A stretch of DNA of 64,000 nucleotides. Source: Octopus vulgaris (taxonomy: Eukaryota). How positions within the stretch are numbered: position 1 is the stretch's first letter; every line of letters starts with the position of its first letter. The DNA lies in NCBI GenBank assembly GCA_951406725.2, contig OX597818.1:30690001-30754000 (forward strand), given 5' to 3'. The notes beneath the pieces were generated by a model. It searched no databases. It was given only the letters and a program-made list of their open reading frames with translations, and was not told the origin of the DNA. A program made the position numbers and the translations under genes. Below, one piece after another: positions 38,035-50,643 of the stretch.

Positions 38035-38545
38035 CATGCAATGGTTAATTGTTAGCTAAACCGACTGAATTTCGACCTGCCAACTGAAAGATCCACCGTT
38101 CGAATCACCTCACCGGCAGTGTAACCAGTTTTAAATAAGGAGTATCCTACTGCAAGTTTTGTGCTGTCATGCGCGAGATTGGTAGTTCTAATCCAAATAG
38201 GTATACACATTTAAGATATATGAAATAAACTAAATATTATCCGAATATTTATATGGTGAAAAAAAAGTGAATGTTACCGGCCTTAACCAATGATTTTACC
38301 AAATACCAGAAAATAGATATTTTCATGTTGTTGATCGTTGGCCTCTGAATCAAATACCCATCTACTTACCAATAGAGACCATTTGTAGGAATTATGATTA
38401 TAAAATCTGAATAAATCATTGTTAATTTCTGATGATGGGCCTTTGTGCCTGAAATATATAAAGGTTACTTAACATTCTCTTTGTGCACTACTAGAAGCTC
38501 TCCGTCTGCATTAGTTGTTATTTTACTTCTGTATTATAATGCTTT

Positions 38546-38850
38546 GTGGAGGCGCAATAGCCCAGTGGTTAGGGCAGCGGACTCGCGGTCGGAGGATTCC
38601 CAGACCGGGCGCTGTGTGTGTTTATTGAGCGAAAACACCTAAAAGCTCCACGAGGCTCCGGCAAGGGGTGGTGGCGACCCCTGTTCTACTCTTTCGCCAC
38701 AACTTTCTCTCGCTCTCTCTTCCTGTTTCTTGAGTAATGCTGCGATGGACTGGCGTCCCGTCCAGCTGGTGGGAACACATACGCCACAGAAACCGGGAAA
38801 CCGGACCTATGAGCCTCGCTAGGCTTGAAAAGGGCGACGTTTATCGTTTT
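38546..38850 (+). mobile_element. SINE family C
   Basis: GGAGGCGCAATAGCCCAGTGGTTAGGGCAGCGGACTCGCGG tRNA-like head and GCGATGGACTGGCGTCCCGTCCAG core. Confidence 0.88.
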
Positions 38851-39399
38851 ATTATTATGCTTCTGTATTTTAATGCTGTATTATAATGCTACAACGTTCT
38901 TATTTCATAGTTTACTGAATTTTATGTCCATTCAAACGAAGAATAATAAAGCAGTGAAATCTGCCTAGCCGTAAACCACTGCAACACTGTATAATTAAAG
39001 TGTACTTAATTAGCTTTCTGTGCTATTTTAAGCGCTGACATTGGATTCAACAATGGCAGCGGTAAATTGTAATGCGTTCTACAAAAATATGCCATTTTTT
39101 TACGCATCATTTTGTGATGCTCCTGGACACCTGATCAGAGCGGTCATTGGGTGTTTCGAGTCTTTCAACAAATAAATATCTCCATCCTGATGACCGAACC
39201 AAAGTTGATCAAACCCCAACTAGTGCCCATTTAATACTACGCCGGATATTACTACTCTTTCCAGGTATCACAAATAATGTAGATGAACACGTGTAGCTTT
39301 CTTGATAAGAATGACCAATTGTTTTTCTACACAGCCTACACAGCCCACGCCCCTCCCCCACAAGACCGATGAAACTGATGCGGTTAATATTCCTCCTTT

Positions 39400-39720
39400 G
39401 GTGTTGTACGTTGTCAGATCAGGGAAACTATAGGCAGGGAGCTAATTCCAGAAGGATTGATGTTCTGGGGAGGAAGAATTGAGCGTCAAAATTAATGCGA
39501 GACCGGAGTTAGTGGTGACCAATATATATATATGAACGAGATAAGAGACAAGTGATTCAAGTGTGTTTGAGTGATTGTGGAATGAGACCAGCCAGATCAG
39601 AAAGAGAAGTCATATTTTTAGATTGGTAGAAACAGTAGAATGAAGAGACAGCACGTCTGTGTACCAGATGTTGAAGAGTGTTTGTGCCCGACTCCATCCA
39701 GTCAGTTTAGTAGCCTTTGG
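39400..39720 (-). mobile_element. Old CR1/Jockey-like LINE 3' fragment
   Basis: Minus strand TLQHLVHRRAVSSFYCFY..SDLAGLIP resembles the post-RT L..L.HRR motif. Confidence 0.55.
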
Positions 39721-40769
39721 GGCAAGATGAGTGATTTCCGGCCAATCAGTAATGTAATAGGATTTACAGATTTCAAACAATGAACCTTTTAAAGTCCTAC
39801 ATATCTCATTGTTAATAGTTATTACTTTATAGAAGCTTGTGGTTTTGCGCTGCGTTGTTTATTGAAAGCTGTGTATTGTTTTAATATGCTTGGATATAAT
39901 ATCCATTGTTTGTTGCCAGTTTTACTAGGATTTTGTTATTTTCGACTGGGGAAACATTAGATTTCCTTTGTTCACTCGTTTCATTTGTCCATTTTCACTT
40001 AAACAAACTCAATATGATGGGATGTTGCAAAACTATCCCAAAAGAATCATCACATTGATATAGAGCAACAAATGTTTTCTAGCATAATAGATCAGTTTTG
40101 TCTGTGCCATTAAGAAGTTCGTACAAAAGTTATGTAGTTCTGGTTCAACCCCACAGCGTGGCACCTTGAGCAAAGGTTTTCTATCATAACCTCAGTGAAA
40201 GCCTTGTAAGTAAAATTTGATAAACTGGAATTGTGTAGAAGCCCCGTAGGTTAAACTAAGGATTACGGTTAGCCCAATGGATAGGATAACAATCCGTGCG
40301 CTTAACTCTCGAAACAGCTCAGTCCACCTGACTGTAAATACATACCGAGTTTGATCATTCATGTTGGAAACAATAAAAGCAAACTGAATTCCAGAGGGAG
40401 ACAACAGTAAACAGTTTCTTGTAGTGTACCAAGAAAGCTATTTATTTGGTTCCACAAGGCAACAGAAATCACATTTGACTTGACTATTCTATCAAATATA
40501 CATATAAGGACTCCAATGTCTGGTGAGAGGACAGTCTTCCATAAACCGATACTTATTGTCCCCCCACGATATTTGGACTTAGAATGTTGAGGGACGAAAC
40601 TAAATTCTCTAACGCATTTTTCTCAACGTCCTTCCAATTCGGGGATCTACGCCCTTGTCATAAATTAATTAAGACTGATATTTATTTATAAATATTTCAA
40701 AGTCTACCAGTACTTTGTCGTTTCTTCTTTACTCTTTTAAGAGATATTTCTCAAATGTCTGATGCATTT

Positions 40770-41805
40770 GCGTTTCCTCCTTTCGGGGTCGATAGAATAA
40801 GTATCAGTTGAGTATTTGGGCCGATGTAATCGACTTACCCCTCCCCTGAAATTGCTGGTCTTGTGTCAAAATTTGAAAACATTATTTAACAGCTTTGTTG
40901 GGTGGTGGATTGGTAGAATCGGTCGAGCACCGATCAAAAATGTTTTGTAGTATTCATTCCATCTCACTAAGTTCTGAGTTCAAAACCCGCGAGGTAAACT
41001 TTGCCTTTCATCCTTTCAAGACCGATTAAATAAAGCACTAGATTCCATGGGTCGACGAAATGCCTACCTTCAACATTGCCAGTTTTGTGCTAAAAATCAT
41101 AAACCATTATTTAACTGTTTTGTGAAAGCGCGTGGCCTGGTGGTTAGTGGGTTCTGCTTACAACCATAAGGTGGTAGGTTCAATTCGTTGTCTTTGAGTA
41201 AGGCACTTCATTTCACGTTACTCCAGTTTACCTAGCTGTAAATAAGTACAGCCGGGCTCTGATGCAGTTCTCTCTCTCCCCTACTGTTACATCCTGGATG
41301 TGCCACTGGAGGAAAGGTGAGAGTATTAAGAGGGTGTCTTTGTCAGCTCTCAACTACATAGGTAGCTGAAGCAATCAGTGGAAGCTACCAAATCATACTT
41401 ACTAGCGAGGGATGGTTGGCTGTATTATTTAACAGGTTTAAATTTTTAAAATATTACTTGGAGTTAAATAATCAAGGAATACTATTCATAAATATGAATG
41501 AAATACATTATTTGTGCTAATGTATCCAAGAAGAAAACCAATAAAAATGTCATCTAAGTAAGTTCAGATATAACGCAAAGCAGATATTGGGTTCAAATTT
41601 TGGCACAAATTCAGCAATTTTAGGGTTTGGGGTAAATCTATTACATCAGCTTCAACGTTCAAATGATACTTATTTCAACGACCTAGAAAGGATGGAAGGT
41701 AAAGTCGATCCCGGTGACATTTGAACTCAGAACGAAAAAAATTAGAAAAAATACTGTAAAAGCATTTTTTCTGGCGCAGTAACAATTCTGCCAGCTCGCT
41801 CCCTT
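40770..41805. mobile_element. Cluster of degraded SINE A (both strands) and SINE C-like fragments
   Basis: Cores at ~40775 (+), ~41000 (+) and ~41690 (-), plus a tRNA-like head at ~41125. Confidence 0.7.
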
Positions 41806-41918
41806 GGACGAAAAGTATACATTACAGGAAGTTTGTAGTCAACTTTTGATAAAGGAAATATACTTAAAGCAAAGTTTTAAAAACCAATATATTGGTAAGC
41901 TAATATTAATTTCTAAAA

Positions 41919-42602
41919 GGATCTTTACCTTTTGACCTAGAGATTTAAAAAATAATTTTTTGTAACTAAACACTTTCAAACTTCAGACACTGGTAGAATG
42001 TGTCATATAAAACATCTTTTACTCTTAGCATTTTTGAGAAAGACTTATATTTACGAAGTAATTTCACGCCAAAGTAGTCCTATTTCGGTAATTTCAACCA
42101 ATCAATGACGTGTATTCAACTGAATAAAATTACTGTCGTTGTTTGTCAACAAGAACTTCCGGCGGTGTATTTTTCGTTTGTCACTGTTATTTATGACAAC
42201 CCTAACCATAAAACCCTAACCCTAACCCTAAAACCCTAACCCTAACCCTAAAACCCTAACCCTAACCCTAAAACCCTGACCCTAACCCTAAAACCTTAAA
42301 GCTAAAACCAGTACAAACGCACGAACGATGTCATAAACAACAGTGACAAACGAAATATGCACCGCCGATAGTTGTTGTAGACAAACAACGGCAGTAATTT
42401 TATTCAGCTGAATACACGTCATTGATTGGTTGAAATTACCGAAATAGGACTACTTTGACGTGAAATTACTTCGTAAATATAAGTTTTTCTCAAAAATGCT
42501 AAGAGATGTTTTATATGACACATTTTACCAGTGTCCGAAATTTGAAAGTGTTTAGTTACACAAAATTATTTTTTCAATCTGTAGGTCAAAAGGTAAAGAT
42601 TC
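41919..42602. mobile_element. Foldback DNA element: ~280-bp TIRs around a (TAACCC)n core, 8-bp TSD
   Basis: TSD TTCTAAAA at 41911-41918 and 42603-42610. Termini are GGATCTTTACC and GGTAAAGATTC. Telomere-type repeats lie at ~42198-42300. Confidence 0.92.
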
Positions 42603-42885
42603 TTCTAAAAGAGCACAGGATTTAATGTTATGGAAAAGGATGTTATAGATTTAAGCGACCCAGTACTACATGGTCTTCTCAGACATAGTCAATACATACA
42701 ACGGCTATATAGGCAGACACCACCGACAATTCTTTAGGAGCAGTTTCACAACTACTCCAACCATGCGTCAATCACTTAGAAATCAGGCTTCAAAACAGCA
42801 AGCTTAAAGTAGCAGCTACCAAATCCGTTCTCTCCCATCTTGCGTTTTCCTACAGCAATCACATATTAATATTAGCACATCCAAA

Positions 42886-43100
42886 AGGCGGCGAGCTGGC
42901 AGAAACGTTAAGACGTCGGGGAAAATGCTTAGCGGCATTTCGTCTGTCTTTACTTTCTGAGTTCAAATTCCGCCGAGATCGACTTTACCTTTCATCCTTT
43001 CAGGGTCGATAAAATAAGTACCAGTGGAGCACTGGGGTCGATGTAATCAACTTATCACCTCCCCCGAAACTACTGGCCGTGTTCCAAAATTTGAAATCAT
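42886..43100 (+). mobile_element. SINE family A
   Basis: Full head and core. Confidence 0.9.
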
Positions 43101-43829
43101 TATTTCACCAAGTTTCTAATTTAGGCACAAGACTAGTAATTTTGAGAGAAAGGGTTGTCGATACCATCGACATCAGAAATTTATCGGTATTTTAATTTAT
43201 CGACCATAGTAATATGAAAGGCAATTCGGTGGAATTTGAGGTTAACTTTACCTTTTATCCTTTTGGGGGTCGATAAAATAATATACTAATTAAATACTGT
43301 TGCCAATGGTCTCGAATATTCATTCTCTACATAAAATTACTGTTTTTTGTGTCTAAACCGGAAACCATTACTTCTGCAAGTTCCGGAAAGAACTTCCGAT
43401 ATGTTTCGATATTATTATGACCTCACCAGCGAAGACTAAACTTTTTTTCTGAAGTAATGATGGCAATATCACAAAGTGAATGTGCAAAAACTGTACATTA
43501 ATTGGCGTTGAAAAATAGAATTGTTTTGAGAATAAATAGATTATTTAGAGACGCCGTCTACGTGAAAAACAAATTAAGTGAATGTTAACACACTTAATGT
43601 CATAAACATAGTTACCTTAGAGCTGTCACTGATTACAGCGGTAGATTGTCTGCTCTTCAGAAACATTTTTACAGTTAATTGGAGTGGGCTATTTCAGAGT
43701 TAAGGATCTTATTCACAAACACGACGTGGTGGAAATGGCGATAAGGGGAATGTGACAGGATAAGAACCACCCATCTCCCTGTTTGTTTTCCTGTTCTCCT
43801 ATCGATTCGGTAATTGCACCCTATATAAG

Positions 43830-43850
43830 CATGTGTGTGAACGTACGTGC

Positions 43851-43882
<32 letters not shown>

Positions 43883-44730
43883 ATGTATGTGTGCATGTAT
43901 GTATGTATGTGTGCATGTATGTATGTATGTGTGTATGTGTGCATGTATGCATGTATGTATGTATGTATGTATGCATGTATGTTTGTATGTATGTATGTAT
44001 GTATGTATGTATGTATGTATGTATGTGTATGTGTGTATGTATGTATGTATGTATGTATGCATGTATGTGTGTGTGTATGTATGTGTGTGTATGTATGTAT
44101 GTATTTATGTATGTATGTATGTATGTGTGTGTGTATGTATGTATGTATGTATGTGTGCATGTATGTATGTGTGTGTATGTATGTGTGCATGTATGTGTAT
44201 GTATGTATGTATGTATGCATGTTTGTATGTATGTATGTATGTGTGCATGTATGTATGTATGTATGTGTGGATGTATGTATGTATGTATGTATGTATGTAT
44301 GTATGTATGTATGTATGTATGTGTGCATGTATGCATGTATGTATGTATGTATGTATGTATGTATGTATGTATGTATGTATGTATGTATGTGTGTATGCAT
44401 GTATGTAGATGACACTTCACACACGCACACACATACACACATATACACACACACTGTGTGTCTCTCTTTCTTTCCTCTTCTTTTTCTTTCTCTCTCTCAT
44501 ACATCATGAATTGTTTCAGTTGAACATATTTGTTTATGTTATTACTCGGTACATATTACAACTTGCATGTGTGTGTGTGTGTGTGTGTGGATAGTATGTG
44601 TATGCATACACACATACAAACACTCACATACATACATACATACATACATACATACATACATACATACATACATACATACATACATACATACATACATACA
44701 CACATACATACACTCACATACATGTACTTA
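43830..44730. repeat. Long compound (TGTA)n/(CA)n/(CATA)n microsatellite block
   Basis: Directly visible. Confidence 0.95.
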
Positions 44731-45042
44731 ATGCATATATATGTTGGAATTTATGTGTGTATGTATGTGTGTGAGTATTTGTATTTATATCTACATTAGA
44801 AAGTTAAAAGTTATGGCCAGCCATAACTTTTAACTTCCTAAAAATTATATTACTGCTCTAATACTCTAGAGCAGTATCTACCAAACTTTTTTTTACCTTA
44901 CGACACACTGGACGGGGAGACTTTATTTTGCGGCACACCAAATAAAAATCCCAGCAAAATTGAGTATAGTTTATTAATACGAATAAAAATAGACTTTTAT
45001 TTAGTAACAATAAGATAACATTGTTTCATGAACATATATATA

Positions 45043-45442
45043 TTTCTTTACTACCCACAAGGGGCTAAACACAGAGGGGACAAACAAGGACAGACAAAGG
45101 GATTAAGTCGATTACATCGACCCCAGTGCGTAACTGGTACTTAATTTATCGACCCCGAAAGGATGAAAGGCAAAGTCGACCTCGGCGGAATTTGAACTCA
45201 AAGCATAAAGACAGACGAAATACCTATTTCTATTTCTTTACTACCCACAAGGGGCTAAACACAGAGGGGACAAACAAGGACAGACAAAGGGATTAAGTCG
45301 ATTACATCGACCCCAGTGCGTAACTGGTACTTAATTTATCAACCCCGAAAGGATGAAAGGCAAAGTCGACCTCGGCGGAATTTGAACTCGGAACGTAACG
45401 ACAGACGAAATACGGCTACGCAGGTCGCCCGGCGTGCTAACG
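45043..45442 (-). mobile_element. SINE family A nested/tandem pair
   Basis: Minus-strand junction AAAGAAATAGAAATA/GGTATTTCGTC at ~45215-45240. Confidence 0.92.
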
Positions 45443-45601
45443 TTTCTGCCAGCTCGCAGCCTTATGAACATATATATGTTGACTACACACTTCCTGTAAT
45501 GTCTACTTTTCGTCCAAGGTGGCGAGCTGGCGGAATTGTTACTGCACCTGAAAAAATGCTTTACAGCATTTCATCTGATTTCTCGTTCTGAGTTCAAATA
45601 T

Positions 45602-46060
45602 CAATTGACTTGATGCAAAAGATGGGCTACTAGGAGAGGCTAAAGGAGCTGAGTCTCTATTCCTTGGAGAGAAGATGAGAGAGATATGCAGTGATATATA
45701 TTTGGAAGATTTTGGAGGGTTTAGCTCCCAACTTTGGAATTGACAGCTATACCAATCCTCGTACTGGACGGCACTGCATCATACCAAAGACCCCGTCTTC
45801 CTCACCTAAAATAAGGACACAGTACTGCTATAGTCTGGGTTTCAAGGGCCCGCAATTGTTCAACATCCTGCCAGGCAACCTTAGAGGTCTACATGGTGTT
45901 GATGTGAAAGTTTTCAAGGAACGTCTGAGATACCAGATGAATCCACATCGTGGCAGGAGATGCAAAGAAGAGCTGGTCCGTCCAACTTGCTACTTCACCA
46001 AAAACAATATCGGAAACAACACCAGTATGACCTCAGCCCTGGGTTGAAACTAATAAAAGA
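45602..46060 (+). mobile_element. CR1-group LINE 3' fragment
   Basis: Y*ERLKELSLYSLERR*ERYAVIYIWKILEGLAPN..RTGRHC..SLGFKGPQLFNILPGNLR. Confidence 0.85.
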
Positions 46061-46063
46061 TAA

Positions 46064-46465
46064 AGGCGCAGGAGTGGCTGTGTGGTAAGTAGCTTGCTTA
46101 CCAACCACATGGTTCCGGGTTCAGTCCCACTGCGTGGCACCTTGGGCAAGTGTCTTCTGCTATAGCCCCGGGCCGACCAATACCTTGTGAGTGGATTTGG
46201 TAGACGGAAACTGAAAGAAGCCCGTCGTATATATGTATATATATGTGTGGGTGCGTGTTTTTTTGTGTGTCTGTGTTCGTCCCCCTAGCATTGCTTGACA
46301 ACCGATGCTGGTGTGTTTACGTCCCCGTCACTTAGCGGTTCGGCAAAAGAGACCGATAGAATAAGTACTGGGCTTACAAAAGAATAAGTCCCGGGGTCGA
46401 GTTGCTCGATTAAAGGCGGTGCTCCAGCATGGCCGCGGTCAAATGACTGAAACAAGAAAAAAGAG
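46064..46465 (+). mobile_element. SINE family B (full length)
   Basis: Most complete copy in the window, including GGCACCTTGGGCAAGT. Confidence 0.92.
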
Positions 46466-46479
46466 TATATATATAAACG

Positions 46480-46766
46480 ATAAACGTCGCCCTTTTCAAG
46501 CCTAGCCAGGCTCATGGGCCCGGTTTCCCGGTTTCCGTGGCGCATGTGTTCCCCCCAGCTGGACGGGACGCCAGTCCATCGCAGCGTTACTCAAGAAACA
46601 GGAAGAGAGAGTGAAAGAATGTTGTGGCGAAAGAGTAGAACAGGGGTCGCCACCACACCCTGCCGGAGCCTCGTGGAGCTTTTAGGTGTTTTCGCTCAAA
46701 AAACAGTCACAACACCCGGTCTGGGAATTGACGTTGCCCTAACCACAAGGCCATTGCGCTTCCACA
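46480..46766 (-). mobile_element. SINE family C
   Basis: Reverse complement of the 38546 copy. Confidence 0.88.
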
Positions 46767-46772
46767 ATACAC

Positions 46773-46816
<44 letters not shown>

Positions 46817-46863
46817 ACACACACACACACACACGTATATATATATACGCATATATATACGCA

Positions 46864-46916
<53 letters not shown>

Positions 46917-47151
46917 TAGCATATTTATTCCACACCAAGTGGCCTAGTGCTTCGAGAAACCTGGATTATTATAATATTTTATAACATATTATAATATTTT
47001 TACAAAATAAATATAAGAGAGTGGTCACTATATTGCTCACTCTAGCACCAGTTAATCCAAAAGGTTTCAACCACGAAAATACATGTTTACCATGAAAGTC
47101 AGTACGATTGTTAGCTCACACGGACAGGGCAAATAAAAAATAACAAAAATA

Positions 47152-47248
47152 CAGATTATTTTGGGACAATTGTTTCGCTATTAATGAATTAAATGTAATT
47201 TTACTTACAAAAAAAATCCATTTGTAGCTCGTCAGCCAAGACTATCTG
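47152..47248 (-). ncRNA. Type-I hammerhead ribozyme, copy 1
   Basis: cagatagtcttgg-CTGACGA-gcta...tagc-GAAA-caattg-TC-ccaaaataatctg, with a complete core. Confidence 0.85.
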
Positions 47249-47686
47249 GATGAAATCCACTCAATCACACGCCAGATATTACCATAACGATAAATACGCG
47301 TGTGGTTCAATTGATTACATCCGACGTTATAATTCAAATGCCCCAACCAACAGCGCGCCAAACTTTCACGGAAAACAAATACAGCATTTAGAAATAAATG
47401 CAGCATAATTATAATTAATTAATAAGGGTGAGAGAATTAGATACTAATTTAATAGCATATTTATTCCACACCAAGTGGCCTAGTGCTTCGAGAAACCTGG
47501 ATTATTATAATATTTTATAACATATTATAATATTTTTACAAAATAAATATAAGAGAGTGGTCACTATATTGCTCACTCTAGCACCAGTTAATCCAAAAGG
47601 TTTCAACCACGAAAATACATGTTTACCATGAAAGTCAGTACGATTGTTAGCTCACACGGACAGGCAAATAAAAAATAACAAAAATA

Positions 47687-47783
47687 CAGATTATTTTGGG
47701 ACAATTGTTTCGCTATTAATGAATTAAATGTAATTTTACTTACAAAAAAAATCCATTTGTAGCTCGTCAGCCAAGACTATCTG
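47687..47783 (-). ncRNA. Type-I hammerhead ribozyme, copy 2
   Basis: Identical motif to copy 1. Confidence 0.85.
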
Positions 47784-48190
47784 GATGAAATCCACTCAAT
47801 CACACGCCAGATATTACCATAACGATAAATACGCGTGTGGTTCAATTGATTACATCCGACGTTATAATTCAAATGCCCCAACCAACAGCGCGCCAAACTT
47901 TCACGGAAAACAAATACAGCATTTAGAAATAAATGCAGCATAATTATAATTAATTAATAAGGGTGAGAGAATTAGATACTAATTTAATAGCATATTTATT
48001 CCACACCAAATGGCCTAGTGCTTCGAGAAACCTGGATTATTATAATATTTTATAACATATTATAATATTTTTACAAAATAAATATAAGAGAGTTGGGGCA
48101 TTTGAATTATAACGTCGGATGTAATCAATTGAACCACACGCGTATTTATCGTTATGGTAATATCTGGCGTGTGATTGAGTGGATTTCATC

Positions 48191-48287
48191 CAGATAGTCT
48201 TGGCTGACGAGCTACAAATGGATTTTTTTTGTAAGTAAAATTACATTTAATTCATTAATAGCGAAACAATTGTCCCAAAATAATCTG
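48191..48287 (+). ncRNA. Type-I hammerhead ribozyme, copy 3
   Basis: CTGACGA at 48204-48210 and GAAA at 48263-48266. The GUC cleavage triplet ends at 48274. Stem I has 13 positions with 2 mismatches. Confidence 0.85.
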
Positions 48288-48726
48288 TATTTTTGTTATT
48301 TTTTATTTGCCCTGTCCGTGTGAGCTAACAATCGTACTGAATTTCATGGTAAACATGTATTTTCGTGGTTGAAACCTTTTGGATTAACTGGTGCTAGAGT
48401 GAGCAATATAGTGACCACTCTCTTATATTTATTTTGTAAAAATATTATAATATGTTATAAAATATTATAATAATCCAGGTTTCTCGAAGCACTAGGCCAC
48501 TTGGTGTGGAATAAATATGCTATTAAATTAGTATCTAATTCTCTCACCCTTATTAATTAATTATAATTATGCTGCATTTATTTCTAAATGCTGTATTTGT
48601 TTTCCGTGAAAGTTTGGCGCGCTGTTGGTTGGGGCATTTGAATTATAACGTCGGATGTAATCAATTGAACCACACGCGTATTTATCGTTATGGTAATATC
48701 TGGCGTGTGATTGAGTGGATTTCATC

Positions 48727-48823
48727 CAGATAGTCTTGGCTGACGAGCTACAAATGGATTTTTTTTGTAAGTAAAATTACATTTAATTCATTAATAGCGA
48801 AACAGTTGTCCCAAAATAATCTG
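48727..48823 (+). ncRNA. Type-I hammerhead ribozyme, copy 4
   Basis: Same motif, but the stem III loop is CAGTTG rather than CAATTG. GUC ends at 48810. Confidence 0.82.
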
Positions 48824-48965
48824 TATTTTTGTTATTTTTTATTTGCCCTGTCCGTGTGAGCTAACAATCGTACTGACTTTCATGGTAAACATGTATTTTC
48901 GTGGTTGAAACCTTTTGGATTAACTGGTGCTAGAGTGAGCAATATAGTGACCACTCTCTTATATT

Positions 48966-49008
<43 letters not shown>

Positions 49009-49182
49009 AGTATATGAAAGAATGGAGTTGAACGACTAGTTAACAAATATCCTTTATTCTCGACATATGTTTCGAAGGCTGCATATTCCTAATTCCGTGT
49101 TCTTTCTGATGTGAATTTGCTACCCAGGTATCAGTTATCTTTCGAATTATTCTTAATAAGATAATTCATTCAACTACTCAAA

Positions 49183-49291
<109 letters not shown>

Positions 49292-49582
49292 CCACTTTTA
49301 GGTCACTTGACCATTTAACATCCTATTACTATCATACCACCCAGCATTCTTTTATTATTCTTTCTCTTCTTCTCCTTCTTCTTCTTTGCCTTCTTCCTCT
49401 CCGCCACCTCCTTCCTTACTTTACTACTACTGCTGTTTAGAATAACACCTACGCAAATATTATAAATGATGCATTCAAAAGAGATATCTCAAGAATTCAA
49501 TCACTGCTACCATCCTGAACAATTCAATCACTATTACCATCCCATTTAACATCCTACTGCTATCATACCACTCCCGCATTCT

Positions 49583-49662
49583 TTTCTTCTTCTTCTTCTT
49601 CTTCTTCTTCTTCTTCTTCTTCTTCTTCTTCTTCTTCTTCTTCTTCTTCTTCTTCTTCTTCT
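49583..49662. repeat. (CTT)n microsatellite
   Basis: Directly visible. Confidence 0.95.
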
Positions 49663-49905
49663 CTGACAAAAATTCACAACGACCTCGAACCCACATGAGT
49701 AAACAAGAGAGACAGAGACAGGCAGAAACAAGGAAAATGCCCCTTGTATTTGAATACTATGCAAATATTCTTTTAAAAACTTCTCATTTAATTTTTTAAA
49801 ATTTAATTGTTTTCCATACTTAGAGTTGAAAAGTCTGAATAACCGAAACCGGTACTAAAATGTTATTTATAAAATTATTTTAGCATTTTCTACTTTGACT
49901 TTTTT

Positions 49906-49994
<89 letters not shown>

Positions 49995-50059
49995 TGTATG
50001 TGTGTGTGTGTGTGTATCTGTGTGTGTATTGTTTTATACAATCACCTCACATGCATAAA

Positions 50060-50115
50060 CCACGCTACTAATAGTTTCACATACATGGAAACCCAAGTAC
50101 GTTCTTCAGTCGTGG
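50060..50115 (-). ncRNA. Type-I hammerhead ribozyme in the 3' region (pLTR) of the Penelope-like element
   Basis: Minus strand: ccacga-CTGAAGA-acgtac-ttgggtttccat-gtatgt-GAAA-ctattag-TA-gcgtgg. The core is intact and the first stem-I pair is mismatched (A/G). Confidence 0.75.
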
Positions 50116-50643
50116 ACTATTGTACCGAACTAGCCAGCTTAAATAATGTAACGGACTGAATATAAAACGGCGCGAAAAACCCGAACAACCAAACGGATCG
50201 TGTGGAAGATACCACTGAAGCGAACTATGAAAATAAAGTTACGGTAAATAAAAAGCAGAAACCTTAAAAGTAGAACCAAGTGAATGATATAAGTAATGTG
50301 GATGGATGTTATATAAGAATATAGTCGTGCAATATAATATAAATTATAATGAAAAATAATAAAAATAAATTTAGAAATATAATATAAGAAATGATAGGAA
50401 AAATTTTAAAGGGGTATGTACAAATATGAGATATGCAAAAAGATATAAAATATATAGAAAAATATGAGAAAGAATATATACAAAAAATATGGAAAAAATA
50501 TGTGAAAAATATGGTAGATAAATGAATATAAAAAATATAAAAACGTATGAATATGAAATATGAATAAATAATAGATATAAAGTGATACGATAAAGGGAGA
50601 AAAAAAATTTAAACGACAAAAGATAAGATAAACTGATGTTCAG

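Larger units (their letters stand above)
46913..48971. mobile_element. Tandem + inverted array of a ~536-bp non-coding hammerhead-containing unit (retrozyme / Penelope pLTR-like)
   Basis: Unit starts at 46915, 47451 and 47986. The orientation flips at ~48093, with inverted period 536 (48092/48628). Copies are near-identical, (TA)n lies on both flanks, and the track shows no ORF inside. Confidence 0.92.

Noticed and set aside
38546-38610. tRNA gene (also 20499, 34495, 41125)
   Set aside because: A/B-box-like heads run into SINE bodies or are degenerate, and no complete cloverleaf forms.
42198-42300. True telomere or chromosome fusion site
   Set aside because: The repeats lie inside a TIR element with a perfect 8-bp TSD.
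43675-44799. Long ORFs (up to 259 aa) in several frames; likewise 16166-17623 and 52418-52767
   Set aside because: They are translations of stop-free microsatellites (YIYI, MYVC, HTHT), not genes.
49475-49764. Poly-Lys / poly-Arg ORFs
   Set aside because: They are translations of the (CTT)n tract.
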